Positions 1 through 7,394 of a DNA stretch of 29,045 nucleotides are shown piece by piece (the stretch's first letter is position 1; each line of letters starts with the position of its first letter). The notes beneath the pieces were generated by a model. That model did not search any database. It was given only the letters and a program-made list of their open reading frames with translations, and was not told the origin of the DNA. The stretch is taken from the IMG/VR virus record IMGVR_UViG_2778261464_000005; one strand, written 5' to 3'. A program made the translations under genes and the position numbers. The stretch comes from a virus. Taxonomy: Duplodnaviria; Heunggongvirae; Uroviricota; Caudoviricetes.

Positions 1-77
1 CTTTAATAGATAACTATAATAAAGTTAAAAAATATTTAGATGGTTTTAAATCTCATTGCTATAAGTATAAATGTGGA

Positions 78-626
78 GTGGAGTATAAAAGACGCGCCGC
101 AACAGCCTTAGCTCATGGTATTTATGGGGATACTGATGAGGCTATCAGGAAATTTAATGATATTAACAGTGAAATAATAAAAGATCATGAAGAATCTGTC
201 CGGGCTAGATTATGCTATCAAATCGGAGCGTTTACACCTGTTATAGTATTGTCAGTAATTCTATTATTTATTTATCTGTTTAGAGATGCTGTTTTTTTTG
301 TAAAAAACCCCCTGTTTCTAACCTTACCTGTTTGTTTATTTTGGGCTTCTTTAGGGGGATATCTTTCTGTTTCACTAACCATAAAAAACACAGATCGAGA
401 AAAATCTTTAAAGAGAAGAATCTATTATTTTTATGGTGTAGAAAGATGTTTAATTGCTTTAGTGGCTGGTGTCATTTGTTATGCTATAATAAAAAGCGGA
501 TTAGTTCTTGATTTACTAAACAAAGAAGACAATAAATATGTGTTGTTTATAATATATTTACTTTCTGGGTTTAGCGAGACACTTATTCCAAATGCGCTTA
601 AAAGTATTGAGCGAAAGATAGACTAA
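78..626 (+). CDS. Polytopic membrane protein, function unknown; probably 5'-truncated by the window edge
   Basis: Track ORF begins with GTG at 78, but the same frame has no stop back to position 3, so the true start may lie upstream of the window. About four hydrophobic helices (VIVLSVILLFIYLF, LFLTLPVCLFWASLGG, LIALVAGVICYAII, YVLFIIYLLSGF). AT-rich and Lys-rich, unlike the prophage backbone. Confidence 0.45.
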   Translation: MEYKRRAATALAHGIYGDTDEAIRKFNDINSEIIKDHEESVRARLCYQIGAFTPVIVLSVILLFIYLFRDAVFFVKNPLFLTLPVCLFWASLGGYLSVSLTIKNTDREKSLKRRIYYFYGVERCLIALVAGVICYAIIKSGLVLDLLNKEDNKYVLFIIYLLSGFSETLIPNALKSIERKID

Positions 627-640
627 ATGTAAATTGTATT

Positions 641-1830
641 AGCTCAGACCTGATCTGACAGTTACCGGTTATTTATACAGGTATCTGTCAGATTACATCT
701 GGCTTAAATTTTTCTCGGCCCAGATGCGCTTTCCATCAAGTAACGTTTCCATTGGCGTCCGCCCATTGCACATTTTTCCCTGATGGGTTCGCTCATTATT
801 ATAGTGAGCCAGCCATTCATCAAGATCCGACTGTAATGTATCAAGATCGCCGTACAGTTTTTTACGGAACGTTACCTGATAAAATTCGTTCAGGATTGTT
901 TTATGGAACCGCTCGCAGATGCCGTTGGTCTGCGGGGACATCGCCTTTGTTTTCGTGTGTTCTACATCGTTTATTGCCAGATAAAGCTGATAATCATGCT
1001 GCTCTACTTTGCCACAGTACTCCGTGCCTCTGTCGGTCAGTATTCTCAGTATCGGCAGGCCCTGAGACGCATAAAACGGCAGTACACGATCATTCAGTAA
1101 GTCAGCCGCGGTAATCGGTGTTTTGGTGACGTAAAGCTTACAGTGAGCCACTTTCGAGTACGTATCAACGAACGTCTGCTGATAAATACGCCCGGCACCT
1201 TTCAGGTTGCCTACATAGAACGTGTCCTGCGAACCCAGATATCCCGGATGAGCCGTTTCGATTTCGCCACAGGCCTCGTCATCACTGGCTTTACGCTCCA
1301 GTGCTGCGATCTGGCTGTCAGTTAACTCAATGCCATCACGGGCTACTTTTTCTTCCAGTGCTTTCGGACGTTTTTTGAAATTCTCAAGGTTATGGCGTAA
1401 CCAGACAGAATGGACACCACTGCCGGAGATAAAAACGCCCTGTTTACGCAGCTCGTTGCTGCGTCCGGTGCTGACTGTGTGCCGGGAAAGCGACGGCGTA
1501 ATCAACAACAGCCTGTTCAGTTGCCTCATCGGTACGGTTCTTAAGGTTAGGAGCGCGGCGACTACGATTAATCAGCGCATCCACACCACCTTCATCGACC
1601 AGTTCGCGGTAACGATAAAACGTATCACGCGAAACGCCCATGATTTTACAGGCTTTTGATACGTTGCTGAGTTCTTCAGCCAGATTGAGCAAACCGGTTT
1701 TGTGTTTGATAACGGGATTGGTAGTATGAAGCATGAGAGTTACCTCGTGTTTTGTATAAGGATTCGACACCCATATCAAAACCGGTAACTCTCAACCTTT
1801 CAAGGCTCAGTGTCAGATCAAGTCGCGACT
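641..1830 (-). mobile_element. IS481-family (YagA-like) insertion sequence, about 1.2 kb, between the left-edge ORF and the 3' end of int
   Basis: Encloses the HTH + rve/DDE transposase ORFs. Ends share TGATCTGACA (about 651-660; reverse complement at about 1811-1820) and GTTACCGGTT (about 661-670; reverse complement at about 1781-1790), but the right end has about 20 extra bp between the two blocks, so the terminal inverted repeats are asymmetric. Boundaries approximate. Confidence 0.55.
693..1779 (-). pseudogene. IS481-family transposase (HTH + rve integrase core, YagA-like), split by a frameshift into two overlapping ORFs
   Basis: ORF 1444..1779 (111 aa) has the N-terminal HTH (SKACKIMGVSRDTFYRYRELVDEGG) and ends ...AFPAHSQHRT; ORF 693..1529 (278 aa) has the DDE/rve core (TDRGTEYCG ... 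SPQTNGICERFHKT). Together about 380 aa, the size of one IS481-type transposase. IS481-family transposases are normally a single ORF, so the split reads as a disrupting frameshift rather than a programmed one. Confidence 0.7.
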
Positions 1831-1845
1831 AATACATGTAAATAT

Positions 1846-2976
1846 TCATATTGTTAAAGTTACCCAATTTTTTCCGCGGAGATCGTTATAACGATCAGTT
1901 TGTTGCTGGGTTTTATGTCCCAGCAATTTCTGAGTATCTATTCCCTGTTCTTTGTATAGCCTTTCTGACAATGAACGTTGCTCATGAAAGGTTGCTGGGG
2001 TTCCTTCACCCCAATCAATTTCAGCCAGATCCCTTGCTTTGCTAAAATTCATAGTCAGAGTATTAGCTTTTACTTGTGCCCCACGTTCTGCCTGTGAAGT
2101 TGATCTGAAAAAATGTACTAAGTATGGACTATCTACATAGTCACGGCAGCGAGCTACAACATCGCGCAGGCTCCAGTTGATTACATTCAAACGAAGAGAA
2201 AGAGGAATGGCTATTTTGCTGCCGGTTTTTTCCTGTTCGATATGCAGATGATCATCCCAGATATCGCTGAATTTCATTTTGGATATATCTCCCAAACGTT
2301 GGCCAGTAACCAGCGCTAACAGCATGGCATTTCCCATGTAACGATGAGTGGAGTCTGCGATATCAAAAATTTTTTGCCATTCTTCCAGGCTGAGGCGTTG
2401 ACGGGTGATTTTCCTTCTGGGTTGCTTCGTCGCAAGAGCAGGGTTATACCCTGGTGGAACTTCGCCATAATGCTGTGCTTCCTTAAACACATCGATTAAT
2501 ACAGACCTTACGACTTGGGCCATTCTAGGCTGTCCAGCTGTAATATACTCATCAAGCAATTGTGCTATATCTCTGACATCAACGGATGAGATCAACTTCA
2601 TTCCTGCTCGTTCTCTGAGCAAGGATACTGGTTTGGCTTTTTGCTTATAGGTATTGAGTCTTATATCACCACTTTTGAGCCTATCATCCTGGATCGCTTG
2701 ATAGCGATCTAACCAGGTTGACGTTGTGATCGCTTTTCCTTTGCAGGTTGCGATCCTGTCACTGATAGCCAGAATCTGTCGGGTTCTTTGTTCAGCCAGG
2801 CGTGTATTGGCTTCAGTGGCAATAGCGATGGCTTCAGCTTCGTTAGTTCCCAACGCATGAAATTTCCCTGTTACTGGATGCTTATACCGCCAATAGACTT
2901 TATTTACCTTCCTACTATAAAGCGGATATAAGTTAGGTACTGAAACATTATTCTTACGCGGTCTGGCTGCCATCAC
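1846..2976 (-). CDS. int: Lambda-family tyrosine integrase
   Basis: 376 aa with N-terminal arm-binding-type region (NLYPLYSRKVNKVYWRYKHPVTGKFHALG) and C-terminal catalytic region (FHEQRSLSERLYKEQ...LLGHKTQQQTDRYNDLRGKNW) colinear with lambda Int as I recall it. Overlapping xis immediately upstream on the same strand. Confidence 0.9.
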   Translation of the reverse strand: MMAARPRKNNVSVPNLYPLYSRKVNKVYWRYKHPVTGKFHALGTNEAEAIAIATEANTRLAEQRTRQILAISDRIATCKGKAITTSTWLDRYQAIQDDRLKSGDIRLNTYKQKAKPVSLLRERAGMKLISSVDVRDIAQLLDEYITAGQPRMAQVVRSVLIDVFKEAQHYGEVPPGYNPALATKQPRRKITRQRLSLEEWQKIFDIADSTHRYMGNAMLLALVTGQRLGDISKMKFSDIWDDHLHIEQEKTGSKIAIPLSLRLNVINWSLRDVVARCRDYVDSPYLVHFFRSTSQAERGAQVKANTLTMNFSKARDLAEIDWGEGTPATFHEQRSLSERLYKEQGIDTQKLLGHKTQQQTDRYNDLRGKNWVTLTI

Positions 2977-3199
2977 TCAAGATCCGTTGCAAAAGTAATG
3001 AGTCATTTTTCTTGATTACTGGTGTTACCAACTCCCCAACTAACTCAGCGTCCTCACGCACTCGCCATAACCGACCTTGTTTCATGGCCGGTGGGCAAAA
3101 TAAATTCTGCTTAGCATAACGACGCAATGTGGACACACTTGGAGGATTACTTCTGTATTTTTCAGAGGCCCATTCTTCAAGAGTTAACATTTGAAGCAT
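2954..3199 (-). CDS. xis: Excisionase (lambda Xis-like)
   Basis: 81 aa, MLTLEEWASEKYRSNPPSVSTLRRYAKQNLFCPPAMKQGRLWRVRED resembles the lambda Xis winged-helix N-terminus. Overlaps the int start by 23 nt, the classic xis-int arrangement. True start may be the internal Met at about 3190. Confidence 0.75.
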   Translation of the reverse strand: MLQMLTLEEWASEKYRSNPPSVSTLRRYAKQNLFCPPAMKQGRLWRVREDAELVGELVTPVIKKNDSLLLQRILSDGSQTA

Positions 3200-3272
3200 A
3201 TGCGATCACCTTGTTACTTCACTAACTGTTCAGTCTCTGCATATCGACCCTGCAAGGTCGGTTAGTTTCTCC

Positions 3273-3361
3273 ACAAAACAGAGAAGAGCACCTGTGGCCA
3301 CAACTATCAGGATGGATCGGGTTATGACCCCGTCATCCGGGGATACTCTTCTCTGTTTTGT
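3273..3361. repeat. Perfect 16-bp inverted repeat (ACAAAACAGAGAAGAG / CTCTTCTCTGTTTTGT) flanking a 57-bp spacer
   Basis: Read directly from the sequence; lies in an ORF-poor GC-rich stretch between xis and the next gene. Coordinates approximate. Confidence 0.6.
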
Positions 3362-3367
3362 AAAAAG

Positions 3368-3408
3368 GGCGGTACCAGCCGGAAGCAAGGGTACAAGCTG
3401 GTACCGCC
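3368..3408. repeat. Perfect 12-bp inverted repeat (GGCGGTACCAGC / GCTGGTACCGCC) with a 17-nt loop
   Basis: Read directly. The loop contains GGTACAAG, the same octamer as the half-site of the OR palindrome at 5230-5250. Further GC-rich stem-loops follow up to about 3560. Confidence 0.55.
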
Positions 3409-3625
3409 AAGACTACACACAGCATAAAGTTGTGGTGCCGGGTGCCTCCCGGTGCCTGGCGAAGGTTGCACACCAGGCGGGTGGGTATCCACAGAAGGTC
3501 GACTGTCAGCCTCAACCTTAACCCGCGTGCGCTGAGCCGCATTCACCACAACGCTAAGGATTCTCTCTGGTTGAAAATACTTAGCTGTTATGTGCCTGCT
3601 TTTAGCCACATCAGGCGAGGTGGAC

Positions 3626-3680
3626 CTGGTTATTCCCCAACAACAAGGATTCGGTTAATCTGGTTATCCCCAACAACGCA
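3626..3680 (+). repeat. Two copies of a ~20-bp direct repeat (CTGGTTAT(T)CCCCAACAAC) spaced ~34 bp, directly upstream of the 3693 start codon
   Basis: Read directly; the position suggests a regulator-binding or promoter element for the moron at 3693..4127. Confidence 0.5.
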
Positions 3681-3692
3681 AAAGGAAAAGAA

Positions 3693-4127
3693 ATGTCCGG
3701 TAATATCTATACGCTGTACAAATCCCACTGTGAAAATGTTGGAAAGTATCGGGGCATTGAAATCAGTGGGGTAGTGTCATCAGTCGAAATAAGCAAAGTT
3801 GAATCAAGGGCAACATTACTAACTCTTCTGGACCTTGTGTTACATGAGCACCGGAAGAAATTCGGCACTCCCTATAATCAGTTGAATGGGAAAAAGGCTC
3901 TGGTTCACCTTATTCTGATGAAGCATCACTGGATGCCAAAACAGATTAATGAGATGAAATTTGATGAACTTCTTCTTTCAATTCAGGATGAACTCACACT
4001 TGATAAAATAAGCGTAACCGCCCAGAAATTTTTAGATTATCGAGACTGGAGATCACAAATTCATCACTTTGATGATTTTGACGAAAATGAATGGGATCCT
4101 AATTTGTCTGCACAATATCTAAAGTAA
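3693..4127 (+). CDS. Hypothetical protein (AT-rich moron between xis and the immunity region)
   Basis: 144-aa ORF with no recognisable motif, transcribed opposite to int/xis/cI, lower GC than neighbours, preceded by the direct repeats above. Confidence 0.55.
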   Translation: MSGNIYTLYKSHCENVGKYRGIEISGVVSSVEISKVESRATLLTLLDLVLHEHRKKFGTPYNQLNGKKALVHLILMKHHWMPKQINEMKFDELLLSIQDELTLDKISVTAQKFLDYRDWRSQIHHFDDFDENEWDPNLSAQYLK

Positions 4128-4305
4128 CATCCTGTGATAAAACCGTGATTTCCTGATCCAGTTTTTTTAAGGAGTCTATTGTTTCCTGTCGATAAGACAG
4201 CACTTCACGAAGCTGGTTTATAGCTGCCAGCTTCTTTGTCATCCACTCATAAATTTCCTCATCTGTGTAGTCAGGCGCGACGATTTTGGGTTCTGTTTTG
4301 TGCAT
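4099..4305 (-). CDS. Small hypothetical protein (68 aa), first gene of the leftward early transcript
   Basis: Internal ATG at 4305 preceded by GAGGAGG (spacing ~6). Its 3' end overlaps the 3' end of the convergent 3693..4127 gene by 29 nt. No arginine-rich N-like motif. Confidence 0.45.
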   Translation of the reverse strand: MHKTEPKIVAPDYTDEEIYEWMTKKLAAINQLREVLSYRQETIDSLKKLDQEITVLSQDVTLDIVQTN

Positions 4306-4363
4306 TTCACACCTCCTCAAGTTATCAGTTACTTGTTGATGGGGACCAGATTGTTAAAGAGCT

Positions 4364-4388
4364 AAGCGTCCTGTAGGGCGCTTTTTTG
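4364..4388 (+). terminator. Putative intrinsic terminator (hairpin AAGCGTCC-TGTA-GGGCGCTT followed by T6)
   Basis: Stem with one G:T wobble plus TTTTTTG run, read directly. It could stop plus-strand transcription from the 3693 moron before the immunity region. Confidence 0.45.
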
Positions 4389-4454
4389 TTGCTAACGAAT
4401 CATCCTGGACTTCATATGCCCCAGGCGGCTACTTCGTGGGCGTCCTGCCTGTTT

Positions 4455-4500
4455 GTTGTTTTTCTTGGGTACATTATGTATCTCAAAGGTACATTGTCAA
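4455..4500. promoter_or_regulatory. Putative leftward operator/promoter region (OL/PL-like) carrying two GGTACA half-sites
   Basis: GGGTACATTATGTA and AGGTACATTGTCAAG share the GGTACA core with the OR palindrome. Sits between the cI terminator and the leftward small gene. Confidence 0.35.
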
Positions 4501-4502
4501 GT

Positions 4503-4526
4503 ATAAAAAAACCTGCCGAAGCAGGT
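4503..4526 (-). terminator. Intrinsic terminator downstream of cI (minus strand)
   Basis: Perfect hairpin ACCTGC-CGAA-GCAGGT (4511-4526) with an A7 run on the plus strand, i.e. a U-run after the hairpin on the minus strand, 14 nt past the cI stop. Confidence 0.6.
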
Positions 4527-4539
4527 TCATAAACATTGA

Positions 4540-5214
4540 TTAGGCTTTGATTTTGTATCTTCTTGGTTTTCCTGAGAAAATCACAGTACCAATTATAGAG
4601 CAATTACCGTTGATCTTAATGTAAGGCTCAGGCCAGTTTGGGTTTAACGCTTTGAGATAACGCTGTGTCCCATCTTCTATCAACCTTTTGAAGGTGGTTT
4701 CACCTGTATCGTGCATCAATGCAATAACGTCGTCACCGTGGCAGGCAGGTACTTCAGGATCGACAAAAATCATGTCTCCCGGGCGGTACTCATCAATCAT
4801 TGAATCACCTATCACCCGCAAGATATAAGTCATTTCCCCACAGGGTACAGGGCAGGGATACGTTTCTGCTGTGCTCAAATCAACCTCAGAATATCCAACT
4901 TCTTTCCATGCTCCGGCCTGTACCCATGATATGACAGGGACTAATGTGATTTGTTTATTAGTGATTGAAACATCAGGTTTTTTTGTGATGTTCGTTGTCT
5001 GGTGTTCTTGATCGAGCCATCCGACAGGCAGGTCGAAACATTTTTCGATGTGTCGTGCCATGCTGTCACCGATATTTTTAGTAGCACCATCTCCCATAAA
5101 CCTGCTGGTTTGGGTTGGCTCGCGATCAATCATAGTGGCAAAGGAAGAATTCCCGCCAACACCATCTCTCAGTTTTCTGGCGTTAGACCGCCGGATGTCA
5201 TGGATTGTTTTCAT
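4540..5214 (-). CDS. cI: CI-type prophage repressor (N-terminal HTH + C-terminal S24 LexA-like autopeptidase)
   Basis: 224 aa. The C-terminal segment VIGDSMIDEYRPGDMIFVDPE...FKRLIEDG...LKALNPNWP matches the S24 peptidase motif of lambda CI/LexA. Divergent from the Cro-like gene across an operator-bearing intergenic region. Confidence 0.85.
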   Translation of the reverse strand: MKTIHDIRRSNARKLRDGVGGNSSFATMIDREPTQTSRFMGDGATKNIGDSMARHIEKCFDLPVGWLDQEHQTTNITKKPDVSITNKQITLVPVISWVQAGAWKEVGYSEVDLSTAETYPCPVPCGEMTYILRVIGDSMIDEYRPGDMIFVDPEVPACHGDDVIALMHDTGETTFKRLIEDGTQRYLKALNPNWPEPYIKINGNCSIIGTVIFSGKPRRYKIKA

Positions 5215-5229
5215 AACGAAATTAAAACC

Positions 5230-5250
5230 CTTGTACCGTTAAGGTACAAG
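5230..5250. promoter_or_regulatory. OR-like operator: perfect palindrome CTTGTACC-GTTAA-GGTACAAG in the cI/cro intergenic region
   Basis: 8-bp arms with a 5-bp spacer, read directly. A candidate PR follows (TTGAAG at ~5255, TAATAT at ~5277), and another GGTACA lies at ~5293. Confidence 0.55.
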
Positions 5251-5304
5251 TATCTTGAAGGTTCATTTTAATCATGTAATATGTATATTGGAGGTACATA
5301 TTGT

Positions 5305-5505
5305 ATGAAAGCGTATTGGGACTCTTTAACCAAAGAACAGCAGGGCGAGTTGGCCGGAAAAGTTGGCTCAACACCTGGCTACTTACGGCTGGTTTTCAAT
5401 GGCTATAAAAAAGCCAGTTTTGTGCTGGCTAAAAAACTTGAGCAATGCACGTCAGGTGCAATTACGAAATCTGACTTAAGACCGGATATCTATCCGAAAG
5501 ATTAG
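5305..5505 (+). CDS. cro: Cro/YdaS-like HTH regulator
   Basis: Start taken at the internal ATG 5305 (MKAYWDSLTKEQQGELAGKVGSTPGYLRLVFNGYKKAS...), preceded by GGAGG ~9 nt upstream. Small HTH protein divergent from cI. Confidence 0.7.
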   Translation: MKAYWDSLTKEQQGELAGKVGSTPGYLRLVFNGYKKASFVLAKKLEQCTSGAITKSDLRPDIYPKD

Positions 5506-5536
5506 CAGAACACTTTCAATTTTTAACCACAGAACG

Positions 5537-6106
5537 ATGAGGCTAATCGTGGGTAAGCATCACTGGAAAATAGAAAAACAGCCTGAGTGGTACATGAAAG
5601 CTGTCAGAAAAACTATCGCGGCGTTGCCGGGTGGTTACGCTGAAGCCGCTGACTGGCTGGATGTAACAGAGAACGCTTTATTCAACCGCCTTCGTGCAGA
5701 TGGCGATCAGATTTTTCCGCTGGGATGGGCAATGGTTTTACAGCGTGCTGGTGGCACTCACTTCATTGCTGATGCTGTGGCGCAGTCTGCAAATGGCGTA
5801 TTTGTGTCTCTTCCTGACGTCGAGGATGTGGACAACGCCGATATTAACCAGCGTCTGCTGGAAGTCATTGAACAGATCGGCAGTTATTCAAAACAGATTC
5901 GTTCAGCAATCGAAGACGGTGTAGTGGAACCGCATGAGAAGACAGCAATTAACGACGAGCTGTATCTCTCAATTTCGAAGCTGCAGGAGCATGCAGCACT
6001 GGTCTACAAAATCTTTTGCATTTCAGAAAGTAATGACGCCCGCGAGTGTGCAGCTCCGGGCGTCGTGGCGTCGATTGCTTCTGGTTGTGGAGAAACTAAC
6101 GCATGA
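5537..6106 (+). CDS. CII-like / YdaT-family regulatory protein
   Basis: 189 aa directly after the Cro-like gene; size and position fit the Rac-type YdaS-YdaT pair. Start uncertain (ATG 5537, or GTG 5551 with a better SD). Confidence 0.55.
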   Translation: MRLIVGKHHWKIEKQPEWYMKAVRKTIAALPGGYAEAADWLDVTENALFNRLRADGDQIFPLGWAMVLQRAGGTHFIADAVAQSANGVFVSLPDVEDVDNADINQRLLEVIEQIGSYSKQIRSAIEDGVVEPHEKTAINDELYLSISKLQEHAALVYKIFCISESNDARECAAPGVVASIASGCGETNA

Positions 6107-6461
6107 ACAGTTTAACAACACACTACCGTCGCTCGCAACTGATTGCGCTTCCTGTACCGGGTGGAAAAGCGAAGGTGGAATATTGCTATGCAGTGAATGT
6201 ACCAGGTGACAGGGAAATTGTAACCCACAGCTTTGCAGAGTGGGCTGTGGGTGATTTCAACCGGCAGAAGGAGACAGTCCTTTGCGACAAGTTAACCGCT
6301 GGTTCAAAGATCACTACGGAGTGCCCGTCAGAGTTATTCGTTGGGAGCCGGAAACACAACGGGTTATCTACCTCCGTGAAGGCTATGAGCATGAGTGCTT
6401 CAGCCCGCTCGAACAGTTTCGTCGTAAATTCAGGGAAATAGAGGTCGGTCATGAGCACTAA
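6103..6461 (+). pseudogene. Small gene between the CII-like and replication genes that needs a frame change to be read through
   Basis: ATG 6103 overlaps the upstream stop (ATGA). The protein-like N-terminal half is in that frame to about 6270. The protein-like C-terminal half (...[59 protein letters not shown]) is in the -1 frame, open from 6255, and ends at TAA 6459-6461 overlapping the replication gene start. The original frame continues as a Ser-rich, low-complexity tail to TAG 6441. Confidence 0.4.
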
Positions 6462-7392
6462 ATTAACCGGCTATGTATGGGATGGTTGCGCTGCGTCAGG
6501 CATGAAATTATCCAGCGTGGCAATTATGGCCCGCCTGGCTGATTTCAGTAATGACGAAGGTGTGTGCTGGCCATCAATTGAAACCATTGCCCGTCAGATT
6601 GGCGCGGGGATGAGTACCGTCAGAACGGCTATCGCACGGCTGGAAGCAGAAGGCTGGTTAACGCGTAAGGCGCGTCGCCAGGGTAACCGCAATGCGTCGA
6701 ATGTTTATCAGCTTAACGTTGCGAAGCTTCAGGCAGCGGCATTTTCTCAACTGTCAGATTCTGACCCGTCAAAATCTGACGCATCAAAATCTGACCCGTC
6801 AAAATTTGATGCGTCGAAATCTGGCAAAAAAGCGGGTTTTCACCCGTCAGAATCTGGCGGGGATCCGTCAGTAAAATCAAAACATGATCCGTCAGATAAA
6901 AAACCTTCTCGTCCGGACGCTTCGCAACCGGACACGCAGACGGCTGAACAGGATTTTTTAACTCGCCATCCTGATGCGGTTGTATTCAGCCCTAAAAAGC
7001 GCCAGTGGGGGACGCAGGATGATTTGACCTGCGCACAGTGGCTCTGGAAAAAAATCATCGCCCTGTACGAGCAGGCTGCCGAATGTGACGGCGAGGTGGT
7101 TCGTCCCAAAGAACCGAACTGGACAGCCTGGGCAAACGAAATTCGCCTGATGTGTGTACAGGATGGGCGTACTCACAAACAAATCTGCGAGATGTACAGC
7201 CGCGTCAGCCGCGATCCGTTCTGGTGCCGTAACGTGCTCAGCCCGTCGAAGCTGCGGGAAAAATGGGATGAGCTTTCCCTGCGCTTATCGCCGTCCGTCA
7301 GCACGTACACCGAAAAACGCGAGGACCCGTACTTCAAAGCCAGTTACGACAACGTGGACTACAGCCAGATCCCGGCAGGATTCAGAGGGTGA
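6451..7392 (+). CDS. Replication initiation protein (N-terminal HTH; iteron-encoded repeat linker; C-terminal Trp-rich domain)
   Basis: 313 aa. N-terminal LSSVAIMARLADFSNDEGVCWPSIETIARQIGAGMSTVRTAIARLEAEGWL is typical of phage replication-initiator HTH domains. The middle SDPSK/SDASK/SDPSK/FDASK repeats are encoded by the tandem DNA repeats. Position after cII mirrors lambda O. Confidence 0.75.
   Translation: MSTKLTGYVWDGCAASGMKLSSVAIMARLADFSNDEGVCWPSIETIARQIGAGMSTVRTAIARLEAEGWLTRKARRQGNRNASNVYQLNVAKLQAAAFSQLSDSDPSKSDASKSDPSKFDASKSGKKAGFHPSESGGDPSVKSKHDPSDKKPSRPDASQPDTQTAEQDFLTRHPDAVVFSPKKRQWGTQDDLTCAQWLWKKIIALYEQAAECDGEVVRPKEPNWTAWANEIRLMCVQDGRTHKQICEMYSRVSRDPFWCRNVLSPSKLREKWDELSLRLSPSVSTYTEKREDPYFKASYDNVDYSQIPAGFRG
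6755..6900 (+). repeat. Iteron array (probable origin of replication) inside the replication initiator gene
   Basis: Five tandem 15-bp units (TCTGACCCGTCAAAA, TCTGACGCATCAAAA, TCTGACCCGTCAAAA, TTTGATGCGTCGAAA, TCTGGC...) followed by three more CCGTCAG-containing units and an A-rich tract (GATAAAAAACC). Coordinates approximate. Confidence 0.6.
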
Positions 7393-7394
7393 TC

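Noticed and set aside
752-1659. Plus-strand ORFs 752..1114, 903..1100, 1143..1325 and 1330..1659
   Set aside because: They lie antisense inside the rve-domain transposase coding region and have low-complexity, non-protein-like translations; shadow ORFs.
3273-3408. Retron (msr/msd) or tRNA interpretation of the inverted repeats
   Set aside because: No reverse transcriptase gene nearby, and no cloverleaf with a T-loop-like motif could be drawn; kept only as an unassigned structured element.
3294-3774. Overlapping ORFs 3294..3521(+), 3322..3609(-), 3333..3542(-) and 3430..3774(+)
   Set aside because: Mutually overlapping in several frames within a GC-rich, hairpin-dense stretch; translations are Arg/Pro-rich with no start signals. 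Treated as a structured non-coding region instead.
4941-5271. ORFs 4941..5129(-), 5002..5271(+) and 5048..5242(+)
   Set aside because: Embedded in or antisense to the cI repressor gene, which has clear S24-peptidase motifs.
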